A stretch of 64,000 nt of DNA, taken from NCBI GenBank assembly GCA_021814005.1, contig JAKAJC010000004.1, positions 230-64,229 on the forward strand, written 5' to 3'. This DNA comes from Candidatus Micrarchaeota archaeon (GTDB taxonomy: Archaea > Micrarchaeota > Micrarchaeia > Anstonellales > Anstonellaceae). Below the pieces are notes generated by a model that ran no database searches, was not told where the DNA came from, and worked only from the letters and a program-made list of their open reading frames with translations. Within the stretch, counting starts at the first letter, position 1. Each line of letters starts with the position of its first letter. Position numbers and translations under genes: made by a program. Of the stretch, positions 20,101 to 27,199 are shown piece by piece.

Positions 20101-21423
20101 CCCAACGGCCGCGCGTTCGCCTCCTGTGCCGCCTGCCCAACCGACTGCCGCTATGATTATCTCACTGCCGCGGGCATCAGGCGCCCAAACAGCCAGGACA
20201 ACTACTGCGGCTGGAGCTTCACCGCGCCAACCGCATGCTTTTCCATCACGCTGGAGCGCCTGCGCGGCAGCGACATCCCAAGCGTGAACAACACCCGCTA
20301 TTATTCGTGCACGCAGACCGAAGCAGGCCAATACCACTGGGTGCGCACAAGCAGCGGCGTTGACAACAGAAGCGACAGCGGCTGCAACGCGGCCTGGTAT
20401 CCGATTGGCCACTTCACCAACCAAACCGTTGCCAACCTCGCGTGCGGCCCAGGCACTTTCAGCAACACCACGAGCGATGTCTACTCATGCACGCCGGTCC
20501 ACAAGTATCCGGCCCTCGACAGCCTTGTCACCTCTTCGGGCGGGCCTTCCGATTACCGCGAATGCGGAGACATAAGCGTCAACGGCCAGAATCCGAACAA
20601 CAACCTCTGCGGCGCGCGCACGTTCGGCGGCGCAAGCGTCCAGCTGTGCAAGAACGACCGCGCGGCAACAGATTCGTGCTTTGCCCACTTCAACGCGCTC
20701 GCGGTTGCCTGCCTGCCGATTACCGGCGTGGTGAATGATTACACAGACCCCGCCAACAATCCGACCAAGGCGGAGGAGAGCTGCCAGAACTGCCCGCTCT
20801 TCTGCCGCATAGACAACGGCGGCCAGATATGCTCGCCGTGGTCTGCCGGCGGCGAGCCTCCCAAATGTGATTTCCCCAACCAGTGCGACCGGCGCACTGC
20901 TCAGGGCAGCGGCTACTGCGGCATCCCGTCATCAGCATTCAAAATTGGCCAGGGCTGCGCGAATTACACCGGCGGCTCCGGCGTGGGCTGCCCCGCCCGC
21001 TGCCGCGTTTCACTGCCGTCCGGCAACGTGCCATACGGCTGCTCGGGCGGTGAAATCGGCAACGCATGCTCGCCCGGCAATCTTGATTCGGCATGCACCG
21101 CCACCCCGCCCGACAATCCGTGCGCAGGCTGCGGCGAATGCGACACCGACTGCCGCTCCACGCCTTATGTGCGGCAGAACTGCGACGACCTCTGCCTGCC
21201 GACAGACTTTGCCACCGGAGCCTCGCCCATCACGCCCAAGGACCTTTTGATGTCGTGGGAAGGCGCGTCGGGCAACCCCGACTGGCGCTCATTGGGCTCT
21301 TTGGGCATCGCCGCTTTCCTGCTGCCGATTCTCAACATCATACTCACTCTTGCATTCATCCGCAGCCTCTCGCCGGTGCTGGGCGGCGACATCGAGATTC
21401 CGGGAATACTCAAGGTGCTGTGA
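17194..21423 (+). CDS. Operon gene 5: 1409-aa paralog with a ~1020-aa Cys-rich ectodomain inserted before the last TM
   Basis: ATGA start/stop overlap with gene 4. Carries ALVYMAGI...LARTEI, LRSLFFTRKLGGMMLAAGAGLLLVWP and the C-terminal VLGGDIEIPGILKVL. There are 80 Cys between codons 318 and 1334 (hand count), and many N-x-S/T sequons. Confidence 0.88.
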   Translation: MRNENENPARRESGVCFAPVNTAPAGFLPLHAPHVFLFLLCLLCISPIIFSQNTTIQPVLTAQNATFGFDNYVRATLAAAALMAAIMALVYMAGIFFQSEDAKQLARTEILQTALSVIIVAFLLAILLGVDTGLRLTSAEIVSPCVGRTLPASITSATLLNQYAFCYAQGLNEMAIAQGDTTIRKSVTFAKKAYRMEGFQTDLWWLLYGGLTRRPDANLRLDSEIMGQEFTLLTSFMVSLQGQLAFLQYIVPALAPALLFLGVILRSLFFTRKLGGMMLAAGAGLLLVWPATYLLSWFTLQVAVFGPSVMGEEPGSTCPTSCKILPPAGYNISTANPDSWGSPPAGSPYATGAISAKQMASAGGSSIAPDIGDEAAWKLRGVQTCYPQYNYTEDKTTGTRTYTLPAGYSSSVPVQSSDKCPSECRFLPTPTDLNCDLAACDNIPIACKAIRAMNLSTSPLPNPPDNCNSCTSCPAFCRTILPQVKYANPANPAAGVVPTTNANSCSANPGNATLCPLYCRSYLHTDASNTISYSTPDCQAACQATLDNKKDAATSQPDCMLGIPAAMMECNTPNVCGPAMNLEAAIASGRTDLCPIECRVNFNSSGTEDRYKDPTFNQYCTGSGKFGTACDTQCPSTCKVKASAENAALPNSFSLGVPNSFIVSTGAGSVLCAAAPTFTNGQMDSSVNGQCARCPLSCRLRNPSSILDLDNNHSTYFFSQSHYALTCNYRNTTPIILYSGACRNSTFPPGWLAFASEDPSGISLSQIGRGPPECAPTARIYLRMDSSDPLCPLFLAPIPPYIKDGTLSNDPSNSAVSAIIPPNTDVSAECSTPDAQKYCLGKDPQGQPYCDISCQPDRAVNGPFYCHLTDLYSPLSSIPDNTQRCGACSSPAADNSKGPQCQVMLTSGSTLYLPKGCDPSCAPGSLDTATGIILNPDTDPKSRASCGGFCYPRLPIPSCSAYAPASTTNPNGRAFASCAACPTDCRYDYLTAAGIRRPNSQDNYCGWSFTAPTACFSITLERLRGSDIPSVNNTRYYSCTQTEAGQYHWVRTSSGVDNRSDSGCNAAWYPIGHFTNQTVANLACGPGTFSNTTSDVYSCTPVHKYPALDSLVTSSGGPSDYRECGDISVNGQNPNNNLCGARTFGGASVQLCKNDRAATDSCFAHFNALAVACLPITGVVNDYTDPANNPTKAEESCQNCPLFCRIDNGGQICSPWSAGGEPPKCDFPNQCDRRTAQGSGYCGIPSSAFKIGQGCANYTGGSGVGCPARCRVSLPSGNVPYGCSGGEIGNACSPGNLDSACTATPPDNPCAGCGECDTDCRSTPYVRQNCDDLCLPTDFATGASPITPKDLLMSWEGASGNPDWRSLGSLGIAAFLLPILNIILTLAFIRSLSPVLGGDIEIPGILKVL

Positions 21424-21428
21424 GAAAA

Positions 21429-22718
21429 ATGGCGCGAGCTCAAAAAACAAAAACAAAAAATGAAAAAGAAAACGGCTGCTCCCGTTTCGCGAGCATTGGC
21501 TTCGCGCGCGCCAGCCCTGCGCGCGCCAGCCCCGCGTTTTCTTCGGCGCGCTCGAGCGCGCTGCGGCATTTTGTTTTCTTGTTTATTACGGCCTCTCTGT
21601 TCCTTATCCCATCAATTCACGCGGCCGCCGCATGGCAGCCGGCAGTTTTCGCAGCCGTGCTCATCTCCGTCTCCGTGCTGGCAGTCGTTTACATGATTGT
21701 AACCGTGCTGAAATGGGACAGGTTCAAGGGCATCATAAAAGACGAGCTCGGCCAGACGTTCATCACATTTCTTCTGGTGGTCCTGCTTGTTGCAGGCATG
21801 TCCGAAGGCGAAACCCAAGCGTCGAAACTTGTGTGCGGCATTTCCGGCATGCCAGACTCCGGCTTCTGCCCGACTCCCGCGCGCGACACCATGATTTTCT
21901 GCAAAACTGCCGGAAGCAATCCCACCACATGCCCCATCACCGGCAGCCAGCCGCTCAACAACTGGGCCCTCTCGCTCAACACCAACGCGCAGTCTCTCCT
22001 GAGCACCAACCTGCTCGCCAAGGCGCTGGAGTTCAACCAAAAACTCGGCTATGTGAGCTCGGTGTCGGGCTTCTGCAACATGCTTGGCGTGGGCTTCTCC
22101 ATCGCCGGCTGCTCCACTTACGGCGTGCTGCGCGGACCCGTCGGCCAGCTGCTCAACGCAATCGGCATCGGATTGATGGATTTGCAGGCAGAGCGGATTC
22201 TGCTCCAGCTCAACACTGCCGGTTTCACGCTGAGCCTGCTTTTGCCGCTTGGCATCCTGCTCCGCGCGCTGCACTGGACCAGAAAGGCGGGCGGCACGCT
22301 CATCGCCCTCGCACTCTCGCTCTACTTCATTTTCCCCGCGTCGCTTTTGCTTGGGCAGGCGATGGCAGACCAGTTCATCAAGACGGGCAGCCCGTATCAG
22401 GCCCTCGCAGCCGGCCCGACGTTTCCGGCAATGAGCGGCAGCTACAATCCGCTCGACACATCTACCGTCGAATGCAATCCATTTGACCCAAGCACCGGCA
22501 AGATGGTCAACACCATGAACAGCTTCCTCACGCGCAGTCCTTCCGACCCCGCGAACGTCAAGAATCCATCCACCATCGACCAGATTCTTTTCGTTGTGAT
22601 GATACGCAACCTGATGATAACCATCGTGGCGCTCACAGTCACCCTCTCCGCCACGCGCGTGCTGGGCCACGCCCTTGGCGCGGAAATCGACGTGTGGGGC
22701 ATTGCGAGGCTGAGCTAA
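21429..22718 (+). CDS. Operon gene 6: 429-aa polytopic membrane protein, paralog family member
   Basis: The track ORF (21093..) overlaps gene 5. The ATG at 21429 lies 5 nt after the gene 5 stop, with AGGTG upstream. Carries AVVYMIVT...IIKDEL, LRALHWTRKAGGTLIALALSLYFIFP and the C-terminal ALGAEIDVWGIARLS. Confidence 0.85.
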   Translation: MARAQKTKTKNEKENGCSRFASIGFARASPARASPAFSSARSSALRHFVFLFITASLFLIPSIHAAAAWQPAVFAAVLISVSVLAVVYMIVTVLKWDRFKGIIKDELGQTFITFLLVVLLVAGMSEGETQASKLVCGISGMPDSGFCPTPARDTMIFCKTAGSNPTTCPITGSQPLNNWALSLNTNAQSLLSTNLLAKALEFNQKLGYVSSVSGFCNMLGVGFSIAGCSTYGVLRGPVGQLLNAIGIGLMDLQAERILLQLNTAGFTLSLLLPLGILLRALHWTRKAGGTLIALALSLYFIFPASLLLGQAMADQFIKTGSPYQALAAGPTFPAMSGSYNPLDTSTVECNPFDPSTGKMVNTMNSFLTRSPSDPANVKNPSTIDQILFVVMIRNLMITIVALTVTLSATRVLGHALGAEIDVWGIARLS

Positions 22719-25700
22719 ATGGAGAAAAAGAACCGGCCGCATTCACCGAAGTTCTCATCGCCATCGCCCATGCCGCACCTTGCGCTGTTATTTCTCTTGG
22801 CCGCAGTTCTGCTCGCTCCATTTGTTTCGGCAGACATAACCGCAACAATTGATTACAACAGCGCCCCTCCCCCGCCCGCCTCGCCCTGGCTCACCATAAC
22901 TCCGATGACTGTGGGCGTGAGCGCCGACTGCGGCACCATACCGCCCTGCGTGCCGCCGTTCAGAATCAATTTCCAGTTCGTCTGCGGCGGCACCCCTGTG
23001 CAGGAAACATTCACAAACGTCCCGCCGGCCTCCCGAACAGCATACACCTATTATCCAAACTCCGACCCCGCATGCCGCGAGCCGACGCCGCTGAATTCCA
23101 TAATCACAATCACCGACACTACTGGACAATCATTTTTCACGCAAAGTTTCCCCGTAGCTCTGGCAAATGGTACAGACACCACTCCGCCGGGCATCTCGTG
23201 GAATCCCGTGCCGCCGCCAGAATATGATGCGGGCGCAACCATCAGCTTCGGCTTCACAGTCACCGACCCTGACGACAACACCAACGCGATTCCGACATTG
23301 TATCCAAATGTCGCCACGGCCGAGGTGGAAATCACCGACTTGGGAAACGGCCAGGTCTATGGGCCATATGACATGGGCCCGTTCCCTCCACCGAACGGCT
23401 GGAGCACCCAAGTCTTTCATATAGAAGGCACCCCCAGCGCCGACCACACTGTTGAAATCAACTGCAGCCGCCTCAACTGCGTCGGAGATTTGCAAATAAA
23501 AGTCAGGTCCCACGACCCTGCGGGCCTTGGCATTACCCTGCCGCCAATGATTGTGCGCAGGCGCGGCGGCCTGGTTCTTCCCTCTCCCATATTGGGCATC
23601 ATCCCGCCCGCACCCGTCTGCCCCAACGCGGCCATCCGCGCCATGGCAAACCAGCCGTCTGGCTCCCCTGCAATAGACAGCCATGAATACAGCTGGTCCA
23701 TCACTCCAAATCCTCCGGTGCAGATAGATACTGTGCCCGACACCGCCAAAACGGGCGCCACTTCAGACACATTCGACTGCGCGGCGCGCAACTGCCAGAA
23801 CGGCCAGACCGTGTCAGTAAGCGTGCTCGCCATCGCCGGCGCCCAGCGCTCCCCTCCCAACGCCACCCTGATTCTCGTCGACGGCAGCAGCCTTGACTGC
23901 AGAATGCCGGCAGCCCCGCTTCTCACCAACCAGACAATATCCATCTCGCCCTTCAACGCGATAGTGCTGGCAAACCAGAGCAACAACGATCCGCGAGCCG
24001 TGCTCCACCGCTATGTCTGGACCATGGCCGACGGCACAGTCATCGAATCCCCGCTCATGCCCCTGCCAATCCAAAATGTCACATCAGCTCCCGTGCCCTG
24101 CGCCGCGAATCCAAACCTCTACTGCCCGTCGGGAGGAACCGTCCTTCTCACGGTCTATTCATACACTGCGCAGAATGTGCAATCCCAGCCAGCATTTATC
24201 TCCATCTTAATTCCGGCGCGCTCAGCCCTCAATCCGCCGGTGGTTGTCACCAAGCCCTTCAGCCCGTATGACAACGACACCATCGTGCTTGTTGCAAACA
24301 ACCAGAACGAAGAGGTGGACCGGCACCAGTACCGCCTGCTCATCATCAATGCGGACGGCACTATATACCAAGAAATCGATGCTCCAATCTACGACACTGT
24401 TTCCACAACCGCGGCAGACAAACACACCACCACATCCAAGCCATTCACCTGCACGACAAGCGTATGCAGGGGCCGCTTTGCCAACATAACCGCCCGCGCC
24501 TACAATTCCCTTGGCTGGTCAGACTGGTCTCCCTGGCTGAGCGTCCCATTCGGCCCGCCGCCGATTCCTGCGCCAATACTTGTGCGCATCGACCCGATTC
24601 CACCCGGCAATTCGATGCTGTCAGACATCAATTCCGGACTTGGCGCGCTCCTCAACACCTCGCTTGCCTACAGCTTCACAATAACCCCGCCCGCCGGCCA
24701 GCCGCCGTTCAACGACTATATTCCAACCCTCACAGTCAACGGCGCAGACGCGCCGGTTTCATCCAGCCGCTCGGGCAACAATCTCATCATCACTCTGGCC
24801 TGCACCCCGTCATCATGTCCGAACGGCTCAATCCTCACATACAAGGTAATCGGCGTGCAGGCGGGAGCGAATTCCACTCCCCTGTATTTCTCGCTTGTAG
24901 TTCCGCAGGCGAGCGGCATGCCCGCGCAGGTGGGCGTCATCTGTTCCGGCGCCGAACTGCAAAGATGGCTGCAGGTGATGGCCATCGGCATGATGGCCCT
25001 TCTCGCCCTTATCGCGCTCGTCTATATGATTGGCGAGGCGCTGCACCACCCGCAGCTTTTGGAATGGTCCAAATCAGAAATCGGGCACGTGGGCATGACC
25101 ATCATCCTCTTCTTCCTCATCGTATGGCTGATTCAGTTCCAGTGCAACCTGACGGTGGGCGAATTCCTCAACTGGTCTGGCTCGTCAAACCCCCTCTACT
25201 CGTCAGGCATGACGCTTTCACAGGCAGGTCTCAAATCGCTTGAATGGGGCATCACCCAGACGCGGCTCACCCTCGTGGCCATGCGCTACGAGATGGGAGT
25301 GCTCAACATGCGGGCCACCTATTCCTCCTACTCCACCCAGTTCCCCGGAATGGGCGGCAACGGCTACAGCTTCATGCCCTTCTCGGGCGATTACACCCTG
25401 CTCGGCTCGTTCGGCATGCTCACCAACCTCAACTCCACTTTCCTGCTCGCGCTCCTCTTCCAGCTATTCTCGCTGTTCTTCTTTTCCTCTTCCAGCGGGC
25501 TGTTCATATTCCTCGTGCCGGTCGGCCTCATACTGCGCTCGGTTCCGTTCATACGCGGATTCGGCGGCTCGCTGGTGGCCATCGGCATCGGCTTCTACAT
25601 ATTCTATCCGATTCTGCTTGCCTTCACCGGCCTTCTGCTCGCGCCGCTCTACTCGGGCATTGACTCCACCAGCCAGCTCGGCATCGCCGACGCCTCGCAG

Positions 25701-25991
25701 CTGGAGGCAAAAGAGCTTGCGATTCACACGCCATTCAGCAGCACCGGCCTTGCTGGCGACAACATTTTCAGCTACAATCCGGGCGACCCGTATCCGGGGC
25801 CGCTGATGCCCACCGCCGGCAAGGACTCGCCGCCGAAGCTGGGAATATATTTCAATCTAACTGCCCTGAATTTCCTGCGCGCCATCCTCATTCCGACCGC
25901 AGGGCTGATAGTGACCGTGTCATTTGTGCGCGACCTCGCGGCCATTTTCGGCGAAGAGGTGGACGCGTCGAAACTGATTGCCATGATTTAG
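22719..25991 (+). CDS. Operon gene 7: 1090-aa protein with a signal peptide, a ~720-aa repeat-containing ectodomain, then the paralog membrane module
   Basis: The ATG abuts the gene 6 stop (TAAATG). There are five C-x4-7-C pairs at aa 249/254, 354/359, 461/469, 578/583 and 695/700. The module begins ALVYMIGE...WSKSEI, then LRSVPFIRGFGGSLVAIGIGFYIFYP, with C-terminal IFGEEVDASKLIAMI. Confidence 0.88.
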   Translation: MEKKNRPHSPKFSSPSPMPHLALLFLLAAVLLAPFVSADITATIDYNSAPPPPASPWLTITPMTVGVSADCGTIPPCVPPFRINFQFVCGGTPVQETFTNVPPASRTAYTYYPNSDPACREPTPLNSIITITDTTGQSFFTQSFPVALANGTDTTPPGISWNPVPPPEYDAGATISFGFTVTDPDDNTNAIPTLYPNVATAEVEITDLGNGQVYGPYDMGPFPPPNGWSTQVFHIEGTPSADHTVEINCSRLNCVGDLQIKVRSHDPAGLGITLPPMIVRRRGGLVLPSPILGIIPPAPVCPNAAIRAMANQPSGSPAIDSHEYSWSITPNPPVQIDTVPDTAKTGATSDTFDCAARNCQNGQTVSVSVLAIAGAQRSPPNATLILVDGSSLDCRMPAAPLLTNQTISISPFNAIVLANQSNNDPRAVLHRYVWTMADGTVIESPLMPLPIQNVTSAPVPCAANPNLYCPSGGTVLLTVYSYTAQNVQSQPAFISILIPARSALNPPVVVTKPFSPYDNDTIVLVANNQNEEVDRHQYRLLIINADGTIYQEIDAPIYDTVSTTAADKHTTTSKPFTCTTSVCRGRFANITARAYNSLGWSDWSPWLSVPFGPPPIPAPILVRIDPIPPGNSMLSDINSGLGALLNTSLAYSFTITPPAGQPPFNDYIPTLTVNGADAPVSSSRSGNNLIITLACTPSSCPNGSILTYKVIGVQAGANSTPLYFSLVVPQASGMPAQVGVICSGAELQRWLQVMAIGMMALLALIALVYMIGEALHHPQLLEWSKSEIGHVGMTIILFFLIVWLIQFQCNLTVGEFLNWSGSSNPLYSSGMTLSQAGLKSLEWGITQTRLTLVAMRYEMGVLNMRATYSSYSTQFPGMGGNGYSFMPFSGDYTLLGSFGMLTNLNSTFLLALLFQLFSLFFFSSSSGLFIFLVPVGLILRSVPFIRGFGGSLVAIGIGFYIFYPILLAFTGLLLAPLYSGIDSTSQLGIADASQLEAKELAIHTPFSSTGLAGDNIFSYNPGDPYPGPLMPTAGKDSPPKLGIYFNLTALNFLRAILIPTAGLIVTVSFVRDLAAIFGEEVDASKLIAMI

Positions 25992-26004
25992 GAGAGAACC
26001 TGCC

Positions 26005-27198
26005 ATGACAAAACAAAAAATAAAATCAAAAACAAATTCGGCCCCCATGTCGGGATTGCTTTCGGCCAGCCGCGCACGTTTCACCCTCTCCTCCTTCTTC
26101 CTCACATTCTTCTTCATCCTCTTCCTCTCGTCAATTCTCGCGGCTCTCGACCCCAACGCCCTCACATGGAGCAATCCCGACAAGCTCATGGTCCGCTCGG
26201 CCGGCTACTTCCAGCCAACCTCGCCCAACAGCTGGTACCGCATGGTCATTCCCGCTCTGGCCATCTGCATTTTTGCCAACACTCTTGTCTATGTGTTCGG
26301 GCGCGTTGCGAACGCGCCGCACGTGGTCCAGTTCGCGAAATCAGAATTCTACCAGGTCACGGCCTCGGCAGTCATGATATTCATTTTGGTGGCCGCGGGC
26401 GCGGAATCATTCCGCTATATTCAGGACAGCGGCCTGCTGCCCGCAGGCACCACGACTTTGTGCTACGGACAGGCGATGTCAGTTTGGGATGTGGGGCCGT
26501 TCGGCATAATCCGCTGCAAGCTGCAGGAGAAAATCGACTATGTTGAAGACCTCTACAATCAGGCATGGACTCTCAACGCCAATGTCGAGCCTCTCACCAC
26601 CTATTCGCTCTACCTCTTCAACATACCCGTCTATGTGTGGGACTGGAACACCGCCCTGCATTCGCAGATGGAGCAGGCCCACTTCATAGCCAACAAGCTC
26701 ACGCCAATCGGCATCAGCCTTCACGCGCAATTCATGTTTGCAGAATATCTTGCCCAGAACATGCTCAACGTATTTTTGCCGGTCGGCCTGCTGCTGCGCA
26801 TCTTCCCCATCCTGCGCGGCATCGGCTCTCTCATGGTGGCCATCTCAATCGGCTTCTTCTTCGTGTTCCCCATCGCATACATTTTGATGGACCCGACAAC
26901 CGTGCGGCCCGACCCTGCCACCCTCATACCGGCGGTCAATGACAACAAGGCCAACGTGTGCTACACTTCGTTCAGCGGCATGGTGACCACCTACACCCAA
27001 ATCGCCCCGAAGGTGGCGCAAAAGGCGGAGACGGCCGACATCACCCAAATAGGCTCGGAACTTGCCAAACTGCAGATAGAGGCGTTCTTCTATCCGCTTG
27101 CCGCGCTTGCCACCGCGCTGGTGTTCATCTCCATCGCCACGCCAATCTTGGGCGGCGACTCGGGGGAAATCATGCACTTCCTCACAAAGGTGATATGA
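26005..27198 (+). CDS. Operon gene 8: 397-aa polytopic membrane protein, paralog family member
   Basis: A GGAGAG SD-like site lies in the 13-nt gap after gene 7. Carries TLVYVFGR...FAKSEF, LRIFPILRGIGSLMVAISIGFFFVFP and the C-terminal ILGGDSGEIMHFLTKVI. Confidence 0.85.
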   Translation: MTKQKIKSKTNSAPMSGLLSASRARFTLSSFFLTFFFILFLSSILAALDPNALTWSNPDKLMVRSAGYFQPTSPNSWYRMVIPALAICIFANTLVYVFGRVANAPHVVQFAKSEFYQVTASAVMIFILVAAGAESFRYIQDSGLLPAGTTTLCYGQAMSVWDVGPFGIIRCKLQEKIDYVEDLYNQAWTLNANVEPLTTYSLYLFNIPVYVWDWNTALHSQMEQAHFIANKLTPIGISLHAQFMFAEYLAQNMLNVFLPVGLLLRIFPILRGIGSLMVAISIGFFFVFPIAYILMDPTTVRPDPATLIPAVNDNKANVCYTSFSGMVTTYTQIAPKVAQKAETADITQIGSELAKLQIEAFFYPLAALATALVFISIATPILGGDSGEIMHFLTKVI

Positions 27199-27199
27199 G

